Source: Pelomyxa schiedti
Lineage: Eukaryota; Protista; Evosea
Direction: 5' to 3'
DNA: 64,000 nucleotides
NCBI GenBank assembly: GCA_020536535.1
Contig: JAHLWZ010000871.1
Span: 1,089-65,088, forward strand
Shown here: piece by piece, positions 52,001 through 63,400 of the stretch
How the letters are laid out: every line of letters starts with the position of its first letter
Position numbering within the stretch: the first letter of the stretch is position 1
Translations under genes and position numbers: made by a program
Notes under the pieces: generated by a model
Database searches by the model: none
Told to the model about the DNA's origin: nothing
What the model saw: only the letters and a program-made list of their open reading frames with translations

Positions 52001-55000
52001 CGAGGTTTTTCCACCTGAACTTCATGCTGGAAAGCCTTACGGCCTTCCTGCAGACGTATGGAGTTTTGGAACAGCTTGTTTTTTGCTCTTCAGTCCTCCT
52101 CTGGCAACTCCTTACGACTTTCTGCTAGCTAATCCTAAATTTGCAACAATCCCCAGAGGGACTGAACTTGCATCTTTGAAACGCTCTGAAGTTCGGCAAG
52201 GGCTTATTTCAGGGGAGGTTTTACCAAGGCCACCTGAGCAGTGCCCAAATTGGGCCTCTCAATTAATGTCCATATGTTGGAGTCATGAGCCGGAGCAAAG
52301 GCCCACCTTCTCTTGGTTGACTTCCAACGATAGCAGCCCTCTTCTTGCTGGGTTAAAAGAGGCCTGTCCCTTCCTGGGTTCTACACACAACGGACCCTAT
52401 TTTGCGGAGTACTCTAATTCTATGCCAGAAACAATACCATCTTCACCAAAACCACTTTACTTCGTAAGTGGCGAAAATAACTTAAATCGAGCCTCAGCAT
52501 ACCGCTGCACGCAACAGGCAAATCTCCGAGCTGTTGGAGGGGACTCATTAGTTATTGTGAATTGCCGGAAGATAATTTCCTGTGCTTCTCAGTGGTGGTG
52601 TGGTTGCAATAATGGAAATATCGTAGTTCTTCAACCTGAATCTCTTCCAGAAGTAGCATCAAGCTCCACTGCCGATACAGAATTTAGAATCATCAGAAGG
52701 CGTTGGCGGGCTCACATTGGACAGCAATCAGAAGTTACAGCTTTGTTATATCTACCACAATCCGAGTGTGTACTCAGTGGCTCTTCCGGTGGGGAAGTTA
52801 AATTCTGGAATTCGATCACTTTTGAGCATCAAGGCAGCATTTTGGCCTCCCATGAGCAAGCAAGCATTTTGGTGTTGGCTATTGCACCCCAGACACAACA
52901 GATATGGGTTGGGGACTCACGTGGTGTGGCAAGTGTGTGGAATCTCTCCGAAACTTCCCTTGGGATGTCTATGTCAATGGTTTGGTCCACAAGGATTAGC
53001 CACAATTTTCACCACCACAGCTCCCCTCTATCACCCCATTCATCGTCTAGTATCACCCCAGCATCTTCTTCAGCCGTTTTCAGTAAAACCCTACCATTTC
53101 ACAGATCCCGCTACAGTCCCATAGTGGACATATCCCCTCTTCACGACCGTGTTGTAATCGCTACTGCTGAAGTTATTACTGTGTATACAATGGACAAATT
53201 TTCACCAATGGCGCATTTGGAGGGAACCGATCTGGCACATCAATCATTAACTTGTTTAACATGTGTAAGTTCAAATGGGCCAGCTGCATCACAGCAAAGT
53301 ATTTGGGCAGGAACTTCACGTGGAGTCATCATTGCATGGGATGGCAACTTCAATATGAAAAATTCTGTCCAAGTTCACGACCGAACTGTAAATGGTATTA
53401 TAACTGACCCGACTTTCAATTTGGTGTGGAGTTGTTCTTTTGACGGGAAGGCAGTTGCTTTTGACTACACGACCTTTGCACCTATTCACGAGGTCGTGGT
53501 ATCAAAAGAAGAGGTACATGCAATCGCTGTCACACAATACTGCTTTCCTGAGCAGCGGATTTCTAGTAAATCCTGGCTTGCAACCATTTCCCATGATGAC
53601 CTTGTTAAATTCTGGCAACGCACTGATAACCAATCCCGCTTTCCAAGTACCCCTGGTATAAACAATCCTCTTTACAAAACCATTCACCATTTTTTGCAGA
53701 CAAGCAACTGGCTGCTTCTGTCTTCCGTCGAGCTGTTCGGTCGAGAGTATTCCAACATAACAGAAGAAAGTTTCAAGCTGACCCAAACGAATTGCTCTTG
53801 TTATTGAGGCTTCAAGGGAACCCTTTAGTTTACGGGCAAGACTTCGAGTTTGTTGGAAGAATAGAAAACGTAGTTTACCTCTTCCTCTTACATCACTAAA
53901 TTTCATATCAGACCTATGACAGTCCTCTCTTTTTAGCGTCATTCACATTCCCCTCTGATACCAATTCGCCAGAAGAGAGACAGGTAATGTTTTCAATAGC
54001 TGTAGTTCCTGAAGATCATCTATTCTCTGCACATGATTTGGACGTCATTGAGAAAAAACTTTTCAGAGGTTACTTCACCTTCTTTTCCCGGCCCTTCTCA
54101 TTTCCCATATAGTAGTGGAAAGAGCAAAAAATGAAAATGGTTCAGTACCACAACAATACCAATAAAAAATTTACGTGTAACAGATGTTCTTCACAACATC
54201 GACCGTCATCCCTCTATCTTCCCTCTGTTTACCTCTTTCTTTGTTAAACTTCCTGCTTCAGTAAGTGCAACCCACAGTTCCTTTACCATTTTCTTCCTTT
54301 GAAACCACTCATAACAGATATTCCATGACAGTGAATCTCTGTACCGCAAACAAGCAGCCCAAGGATTGCACTTCCATTTGTGTGTATACCCAAGCTATGA
54401 CTGCACACTCGCGACTGTGATATCTGCATGCACCAAGACAAAAGCTGGCCTTCCTTTTTCCTCTGGATGTGCAGTTGTCCCTGCCGTCTCAGTGAATCTT
54501 GTCAACCGGATAGTGAGCAGTTTGGTGTCAGCACTAAATCACATGCAGACTCACTTTCTAGTGCACGCTGACATACAACCTAGCAACGTTCTACTTTCTG
54601 AAAACGGTTCCTTTCTTTTCTTGGCCAAATCACACTAACAAGTACCTTCAAAGGAACGCGGGTTCTACTCACTGGATTTGGGCATTCCCGATTCATGAGA
54701 GGGAACGGTACAACCGTTGGCCCATGGTGCGGCTCTGCTTTTTGGTGCCCACAAAATTCCATCATTCCGCCAGAGGTAGGAAACTGTTTATGCCTCGTGA
54801 GTAAACTTATGACCCCAATTAAGGTAAAGGAGCAGCTCCGAACCCTTACAGATCCTCATAGAAGTTTGGTGAACTTCAGTAAAGCAGACGAATTCTCCGT
54901 AGGAGTTACAGTTCTGCACCTCATGACAGCCATGGTAATGAACCTCGGTTTATTTCTAATTCTAAATATCTACTATTCCAAAAAAAAAAGGTTCTTCCAC

Positions 55001-55194
55001 CCCAAGAGTCTGAAGAAGTAATGCAGAGCGCTACAGGAAGCTACAATTTTGATACAATAGGAAATAAGCTACTACCTGCCCAAATATTCTCCCGCGACCT
55101 CACTGAAATTGTTCTTCTAATGGCAAGCATAAACCCCATGGAACGGCCGCATATAAGCAGCAGTCTGATTGACATAGTAGAGGGTCTCACGTGA
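46011..55194 (+). CDS. Roco protein: ~20 RI-type LRRs - helical linker - LRR - Roc - COR - protein kinase - WD40 - C-terminal pseudokinase
   Basis: LRR exons 46143-48543; Roc KVLVVGEPEAGKTT, ATDGV, WDLGGQ, IGTHYD; COR LDPSWL, FLPVGFFSRL; kinase GVGVSG/VAVK/HRDLHAGN/DFG/PPE; WD40 WRAH, VLSGSSGGEVKFW, VWSCSFDG; second kinase-like domain VHADIQPSNVLL...KADEFSVG...RP; TGA at 55192-55194. Confidence 0.88.
46143..48543 (+). repeat. Array of 28-aa RI-like LRRs, one repeat per 84-nt exon
   Basis: 17 single-repeat exons (mostly 84 nt, two of 81 nt; e.g. 46143-46226, 46270-46353) plus one 168-nt double exon. Every flanking intron is phase 1 at the same repeat position. Confidence 0.9.
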
Positions 55195-55438
55195 TTATTA
55201 CAACATACGGGACAACAAGCACAACCGAAACCGCAATCACATAACACTATAACACCAATTCTGCTGCACCACTCCAGCAGCTTAAGTGCTGTTTGTTGGT
55301 GTGGTTTGTAGTTTCCATTAAGACATTACCCTTCACTTTGGTGGCCATTTGTACTTTTTTTTTTCGGTTTTTCTAGCTTCTAAATGTTTGTGAAGATTAA
55401 ACAGCGTCCATAACTTTTTATTAATTGCTCACAAACAT

Positions 55439-56361
55439 TTAGCTATAGTAATCCAAATAAGCCTTGGCTTGCTCGAGTTGTTGCACAAATTCATAGAACT
55501 GACGGAGGTCCATCTCTATGGAGAAGTAAGGAGTCACACTTACGCATACATAGGAAAGTATACCCATATGAACATTCTCTTTTACATCATTTCCCTTGTC
55601 AAGTACAAGTTTCACTTGCATGAACGTTGACCCAACTTTGTCTCTTTGTGAATTGGCAGTGGTTACTGAGGAGAGAAGTTTAGGGGGAAAACCGGGGTGT
55701 AATGTTAAGGGTAGCGATTCTAACCTCCAAACCGCCACTTCAGATCAACCAAGTTATTGATGGTGAGGGTTTGACCATAAATTGATCGAGACATGGACAC
55801 AAAGTTGGATTTCCACTTCTGAATAGCAATGTCAGCAATCTCCTCAGGAACACCTAAGTTGAAGGTAAGGTGAAATGTTGTTCTCAGCTCTTTTGGAATG
55901 AACTGGGGGAATCAAACCAAAATTTAGTAAGTCTTCCTTCAAGTGAGCAGGAGGTAGATTGACACGCAGTGCCTCCTTAAAAAAATACAAACTGCCACTC
56001 ACAATTCCCCTCACAAGTACTGGACTCAAGCCACTGCTTCCAGCAAATCGTGCAATATCCTCGTTCATATCTGCAGACTTTTTGTTTTGTATTGGTTCAT
56101 TGACTGCTTATTATAACAACATTCTTTTCCCACTTATAAATGACATTCGTGAATAATGTTGGCAACAAGCCGTGACGAAGAACATTGGGGGAAAACAAAA
56201 TGAGAAAAAAAAGAAAAAAAAAACCGCACTTGTTGTGCCAAAATGCCCATTATGAGATCAAAACAAGCACCGGCTTGGTCGACGGTCAACTGTTTCAAGT
56301 TCTCGATGTCTGTGCTCAGCTGTTCATCCGGTGCTCGTGGGCTGAAATGAAAGTGCGACAT
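55439..56361 (-). CDS. COMMD7: COMM domain-containing protein 7
   Basis: EQLSTDIENLKQL, LRVNLPPAHLKEDLLNFG, IMGQTLTINNLVDLKWRFG|VTTANSQRDKVGSTFMQVKLVLDKG...EMDLRQFYEFVQQLEQAKAYLDY. Confidence 0.9.
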
Positions 56362-56626
56362 TGTTTTTTGTTTTTGTTTTCAGGATCTTAAGACCCGAAC
56401 CGTCAATCACAGGCACCTCTGAGGGAGATCTCCTCAGTTCTGACCTCCGAAAGGACACCTTGTTGTCGAGGAGGTTTGAGTCTCAGGTGTGATGGGTATG
56501 ATGATCTGAGAGTGACGGAAAGTGCGATGATGCACATCAAATCCAGGAAAGTGACAAGTTCCGTTTCCAAAGAAAAGTCTTGGGCTGATCACGGAAGCAG
56601 ATCGTATTGGGGTGCTGGGGGGGAGG

Positions 56627-59510
56627 ATGGTGATAGCCGTTGGTCTATTGAATCTTGCTTTTCCTGAGTTACTAAACCATTGCCAGGTCTTGCAGTATTG
56701 TCTTTGCTGTGTGGCTCCATTGCCCTCAAGGGTGACGACTTATTACTTCAGGCAAGTGTCTCCACCCTTTGGTTTTTTGCCTCTCGTTTTTGCCAAATTC
56801 TGCTTCTGCCTTTTTTAAAACAAAAACAGGCACTTGACGCTGCCTATGTCGAATTGAGAGCTGAGGGACTGTGGCACGAATATGGAGATCAATATTCACA
56901 GGCACGCATTGCCTTCTGTGCAATTTCCTTTTTCATGATGCCCTTTTTGCTAAATTGAGGCTCACAATGTAAAACTGTAGGACTGTGAGGCTATTCCTTC
57001 CTCATTCCCATACCCTGATCCTTCTGATGACGGTCCTGCAATTTTGTGGGACAATGTAACCAACACTTATGTCGAGAAGCTGGGAACCTTTGGCACTATT
57101 TTAAAGGAAGGTGTTGCGCATGTCGGCACCTTCGAAACTGTTTATATCGTTCCGGCATTGATTGAAAGGCACCCAGCCATTGAGATAAATGAAAGCTAAT
57201 CAGATCGCCAGAATTGCTCAACATTATAACACAACAATATCCATTGTACAAGTAGATGGGGACCCGTTTGATTTACTGGACAATGGGTCCATTGATTGTA
57301 CTTTATCCCCACTTCTTCGACATCCTCACAGTGCACAGTGACTGACGGCAATATTGCTGTTGCTGGTATGCATGGTGATTCTCGTCGCTCTAAAAACTGG
57401 CAAGCTGGGTGTGATATATACGTTTCGTACTTCTACTTGATGTCCAGCAAGGTGGGACCGCAGTTCGCGGATTATAAGTCTTTTGTCACTTATCTGCATG
57501 AACAATTGATGATGTGCGAACCAATTGTGGTTTGTAGTGACCTCTCTCTCAAGGGTCAGAAGTGATCCGACTGTTTTTACAGGGGTGCGCCCAACTTCCA
57601 ATTCTTGCTCAAGTTCTTACTGTTACGTTTCCTGGAATTGGGATTCGAGAATTCTCACCCTCCTGCTTTGACTACATGAATTCAACTGATGAGTTTGTCA
57701 TTGCATTTGGTGATCTTGGGACTGCGGTATGTCCTCACACCTGATTGTGTCAGGATAAGTCACCACTCGTTTGAAGGCGGTATGGTCTGGTACATATGCC
57801 TACAAATCTGATATGGTAGCTCCTGGCTCTTATTTCCTTCGCAGAGAGGTACCACAGGAGAGGAAGGTGAATGTGTCCTATATTCCTCAAGATTGGGAGA
57901 TTGGGAACGAGCAACTGGCTCAGTTATTCGAAGCTGGGCTGATGGATGTTGTTTTGTCTGGTTATAGATCTGCTGTGTTTGCCTACTGGAAAATTCCTTG
58001 GTTTTCTTTTACTGTATGACACCCCTCAACCGAAATATTGCTTATCACTCTACCTCGCAGGATTGCCTTCCACAAGCTGGGTTTGACATTAATCCTCTTC
58101 AAGGTACATATTATTTCTTGTTGCTGTAAGGTCTTACCTTATTTTGAAGAGTACACGGGAGTTGCAAAGAGGGTTCTCGATTCGTCTAAGATTCGTGTCG
58201 GGGTTTTACAGTGGGATGCACTTCCAATGATAAATACAACTGACCCTAGAAGTGCTCGTGGAGTAATTCCAGCAATAGAGAAATACATATTTAGTTGGTA
58301 TATATTATGTTCCTTCACTTTTGCGGATGAAATTTAGTTGTCTCGAAGGTTATCAAATCAGTTTACACTTCCTGGGATTAACATTGAATATGCAACATTT
58401 TCCTCCTCTGATCTTGCATTCCAAGCTCTAGAAAGAGGCGAAATAGATTGTACATCACCCTATCCTCCCCATCCTTCACATAACTTCATGGACAGGCACA
58501 TCAATGTACTTCACCAGTGGCTCCAGTGTCACACTTTCAGATGGAAAACAGTATATCGTCAACAAAGGTGCAATTCCCATCTTCTTTCAAGAACAAAATC
58601 CCAACAACCAAACAAGCTTTTAGGGCTTCTTGCTCTACCCTTGGAATAGTCCTTGACTTTGTTGTCGATTCTAAAAGTGGGATTTCAAGTGTGGACGAGC
58701 TGGTTGATCATCTCACAGCTGCACCTAATAAAAAGGTTTTTGGTTGGTCACACGTGGGCCATTAACTCTAATTGCCAGATTGGGTTACAATCAGCCGAAT
58801 TGTTGGATTTGGTTACGAGTTGGACTTTGAAAAATGTCTTGTTCACCCCGGTCTATGGAACTGTGTCCGAGTTATTTGACCAGCTCTTTTCTCCTACGGC
58901 TAATGTAGCAGCATTGCTACTGACTCTCCCCTATGATGTATGTATCCAACCCTCAACAAACTGCCCTCCTTCCCTTCCCAAAACGTGAACAGGTTCCTGA
59001 GACTTACATCGGTCAGTACACCAATTTTGATAGCGCGTTGTTGGTACCCAACAGTGCCTTCTTTAGATTTGACAAATCGTATTGTATTGTTTCTGGTGGT
59101 CCCTACACTCTTCTCACACGCCACAATAGCATGTGGAGATCACGAGTGGGAACCACAGCTTGGTGAGGAATGTGAGGTTGAAGTGGAGGGCTGCCAGGAA
59201 TGCGTATGCATGACTGATTACAAACAAGCAGTTGACAGTCCCGTATGTGCGAGCGATGGTACTTCCCCATTTTACCTTCTTTCAATAACACACTGTGTCA
59301 GCCCCCCTTTTGTCTACAACAGCGCTTCTTGGGCTAGTTTTGGGTGGATTTTTCCTTATCCTGATCGTCGCTGGGGTTGCTGTTTTTATCCTGGTTTTCC
59401 CCCAGTGCCGTAAGAAATGGATGAGGGAAGGGGTACTCAGAGCCAGGCGCTCAACCATGTACACAAGGCGAAGTGCAGGAGTCTCCATGGCTCCATTGGT
59501 AAACAGTTGA
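56627..59510 (+). CDS. Type-I membrane protein: signal peptide, two type-2 periplasmic-binding-protein-like domains, Cys-rich module, TM helix, short tail
   Basis: FPYP...GTILKEGVAHVG...IARIAQHYNTTISIV...LLDNGSID; LPYF...KRVLDSSKIRVG...FQALERGEIDCT; CGDHEWEPQLGEECE...CQECVC; LLGLVLGGFFLILIVAGVAVFILVF. Some exon joins are ambiguous. Confidence 0.6.
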
Positions 59511-59649
59511 ACTCCCCTCTCTGCACCCAGGAACCAAAGCCCTCGGCCTACAATCCTCACAAATTTTTGTTTGTTAATTACGACATGGAATTTTATGCAT
59601 TTTTTTTCCTTTTTGATTCTAAAACGGAGTGCTAGAACACCACCGAGAT

Positions 59650-60420
59650 ACTACACACGAACCACAACAATCACTACATTGTGTAGTGGGGGAGAGGAAA
59701 GGAGTGGGAGAACGAGGGAGGAGGGGTGTGCTGATGATGGCGGGATAGCATGCACAAACTGTGATTGCTGTGATTGCCGGTATTGTTGTGATCCTGCATG
59801 TTGCTGCTGTAGGTGTGGAGCTGTGTGCCTTGGTGGCGGTGCTGAGTGATGCAACGGCGACGGTTGTGGTGGTGATACAACCCGGTGGGATTGACCCCGT
59901 TGTTGCATCAGGGGAACAGCTGGCTGTATGGTGTGTGTATTGCGGAACCCAAGAGATACTTGTTGAGGTGATGGTGGTGGTGGTTCCTGGCGTGGTCTTA
60001 GTTGTTGCACTTATGTGTGCACAACAGGGTGATGAGGTGGTGAAGAGGTTCCCCTTGGTGCTGTCGGGTAGCTGTTTGGGAGAGATTGCGTCGGCTTATG
60101 ATACTGCTGTTGCTGGCGGTTCTGGCACATCCCTTGATAAAGTTGTTGCAGCAACTGTGATTGAACCTGGGGTGCATCAGCAGCTCCCTGCTGCTGTACC
60201 ACATGTGTGTAAGTGCAAGGTAGTAGTGGTGATGACAGTGGGCCGTGCTGCTATCCTTGGAACTGGCAAAGTGTTGAGGGCCTGTGTTTGTGCTCGTGGC
60301 TGTTGTTGTTGGGGTTGGGGTTGCTGGGTCCGCTGCTGGTGTTGTTGTGGTTGCTGTTGCTGTTGCTGCTGACGGCTGTGTCTATGGTGGTTGTGGTGGA
60401 GGTTCCAACTGTGGTCTTCT
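59650..60420. repeat. Low-complexity CAA/CAG/CAC-rich tract (Gln/His/Pro-rich on the minus strand) next to the transposase
   Basis: Runs such as tgttgttgtggttgctgttgctgttgctgct at ~60340-60370; broken ORFs in several frames. Confidence 0.6.
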
Positions 60421-61630
60421 TGACCATGCTGTTCAGGCTGAGAGTCAGCAGTGTAAGACGCAACCATACACTGGTGTTGTCTTCTTGCTTGTTTCTGAAG
60501 TCTGGGACTATATTCGGTTCCTTGCTCCTCCTCCATGCTTTGCTCTGCTGTCCTTTTGGAGTAGCTGAGCTTGATCTGATGAGTGTTGCTTCTGGTGCCA
60601 ACCACCTTGGTTATAATGTGTCCTGGGCATGACTCAGCCGAAGTTGTTTTCAAGATTATCTGGGAGCTGCCTGGATTGGACAGGAAACAGTGGTGGTCAG
60701 TGATTCCAGAGAACTTCAGAAAAGAAACGCTTTTTGGGGTTTCAGGGACTTCCAAGTGAGCAGGGTACCTTGAGATATGAAGAAGAGGAAGAGTAAGTAA
60801 AAATCGGGCTTATTTTTCTTTGAGGGGGTGAATTGAACAAACAACATACTTCAAGATAAAGGCATTTTTCATCAAGTGATCCTTCTCAATGGCAGACTGC
60901 ATTTCCGGAATGAACTGCTCCATTATGTCAATTCTAGTTTTCTTTGTCTGCTCATTGTAAAATCGGGACAGCAGCCCAAAGTGCCCATCAACTTCAGACT
61001 TTCCATGCTTTGCTGCCCACAAATGCCAGGAAAGGCAGCAGTTCAACTTCTGAGGGAGATGGCAAAGGAATAGGTCTGCCACCTCATAGTTGTCAAAGTG
61101 CGGGCCTTTGTCTGTGAAGAGCTTGATGTCAGAGATCCCCTGAAACTCGTCAAGGTGGTCTTGTATCACAGATGTCACACGTATCTGTTTGTCTTTCACT
61201 GTGTTTTAAACATGATACCTCACATTTACAAAGTGTTGTGACTGAGAGGTGTTGCTGCCCTCTTGTGGTGGCAGTGTTGTTGTTGGACATACCTTTCTGT
61301 TTCTCAATAAACTCCCTCACAAGGGATATCTTGGAGTCATCCAAGATTCTTGCTGTTTCGGTTTGTTTAGAACCATCAGGGTGATGCATCACATGATGGT
61401 GATCATCCCGATGGGCAACCGTTCTATTCCCTGCCTCTTGAGAGTGGGAATTCAGGAATTCAATAAGCAGTGGTCTTGTCTGAGAAACCAAAGGTGTTTC
61501 TCTTTTTGGACATCCAGGGTTTGCAACCTCTGTGTTGTTTTCTCTTCTCTGAAAAGAATGGCTGCTGATGCAGAGATTGTGTCATTTCAAAGTCCTCCGT
61601 GGGATGTGACCAACAATGCGCACTAGTGTG
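60177..61630 (-). mobile_element. Degenerate, internally deleted Sola-like DDD transposase
   Basis: TDTCDIC; IKLFTDKGPHFDN; WHLWAAKHGKSEVDGHFG; GITDHHCF. A frame break lies directly after the Cys motif, and no TIRs were found. Confidence 0.65.
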
Positions 61631-62262
61631 CAAGCCACTTGGTGGTCATGTCTGGCTTTGGCACTGGTGTGCTCCTCAGCGATGTTCTTGAACATCAATT
61701 GAAGCTGTCCCATGCCAATCCCATCAGAAGGAGATGTGGGGAATTTGATTGTTGACATCAAGGCATTTTGTCCTTGAATGTCTCCCCCTGGAGGAAGAAG
61801 AAGAAATCAATGTTAAAACTATGATGAAATAATCCAACCACACACAGGGCCGATTTGAATGTGTGTATATATGTACGTTGTATGTTTTGGGTAGACATAG
61901 TAGTAACCTAAATACAACACACGACACACAACAGTGGGGCCATCATTATAGAATACCCAACAAATAAACAACACTGTTTAGTGTCTGCAACGTCTTCCGA
62001 CGTTGAAGACCCTGCTGCAGCAAAAAAGATTGCATTCCTTGTGGTTGATGTTTTGTGCGAGACACTCCTTCACTTGTGCGTGAAAACGTTCCATGTCCGC
62101 GCTGTTGTTACGTCCGCAATCGATTCGATCACCTCTTATTCTTTGAATTTGATGTGCACCGAGCTAATCGAATCTGTTGTTGATTAGCAGGAAAACCTAA
62201 ACGATGGTTTTTTCGCAAAAATCACACAGGCACAGAAAACCCCCAAAGCTTCTTCCTCAGTC

Positions 62263-63154
62263 ATGCAAAACACCCGTAGCAACACAGAATTCTGGCTGGA
62301 GACATGCACCAGCACAATGGACGTAGCCAAAAGCCGAATCGACGACGGCACACTGACAGGCCCTTGTGCGCTCATCTGCTCCCGAGAGCAGACCCAGGGC
62401 CGGGGCACATCCGGGCGTACATGGTCCTCCGTGTCTGGAAACTTACACCTCACAGTTGCAATCAGTAGAGAAAGCATCCTCCGGCCGGCACCAAACCAAC
62501 CAGCGAGGGAATTCCAGCTGCCACTTGTGACAGCTGTGGCTATGCACAGAGTGATATGCATGTGCCCTTTGGTGGAGGTCACGCCAGGAGGGGGTGGCTG
62601 CGATTCTGCTGCCACTGAGGGTGGTGCTGCAGTGTTTGTGAAATGGCCAAATGACATTTTGATAGGCGGGGAGAAGGTTGCTGGGGTGCTGATTGAATCG
62701 CACAAGGGTTACTATCTAGTTGGAATTGGGGTAAATGTTGAAACTGCTCCACCTGTGAAAGATGGGGGCAGAAAGAGCACTTGCCTGAGAGCTCATGCCA
62801 GAACCGATACTGGTGGTATTATAACTGCTGAGCGACTGGCTCGCTCTTTATATGATCACTTGGTGGCCGCAATTATTGAATCCCCGTTTGACCAAGACCA
62901 GATTTTGAAGGACTACTCTGGGTACCTTACACACCCGATCTTCATTGAAAGTGATTATATAACGTGTTAACAACTACTCAATTTACAAACCACTCACTTC
63001 TTCGAGGTTAATTGACTGGACCCAACCAGTTGTCAGAAGGGACCGACCAGGAGAGATCCTGAAACCTGTAGGCCTTTCACAATGGGGAGGATTGATCGTT
63101 ATGGATCCCGTTAGTCATGTACAGGAGACTTTATCTTCAGAATATTTGTGGTAA
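62263..63154 (+). CDS. Biotin--protein ligase (BirA/BPL catalytic domain, no HTH), 2 exons
   Basis: CTSTMD, EQTQGRGTSGRTW, GNL, VKWPNDILIGGEKVAGVLIE, VGIGVNV; intron ~62922-63007, then ...WGGLIV...LSSEYLW*. Confidence 0.9.
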
Positions 63155-63400
63155 AGGAATGACTTCATTTCCTCACGTCAACGAAACGCGTTGTTCCTAT
63201 TTTCATAGCCACCATCTGGTCAGTCCTGAGGTTTCAGTTCCCCCTTTGTACAGCGCCTTCAATGAAGTAGGAGATTAAAATGATGGAATGGAACTGCCAG
63301 GGCAGCGGTTTTTTTTTTTGCCGCGACGGAACCGGAGGACGCTAAGGCGGAGTTCTACAAAAACGGCAAGTGGGTACTAAGGCCATGCGGAAGCGCCACG

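Noticed and set aside
59761-60632. Long Val/Cys/Leu-rich plus-strand ORFs that look like membrane proteins
   Set aside because: Antisense reading of the CAA/CAG-rich low-complexity tract.
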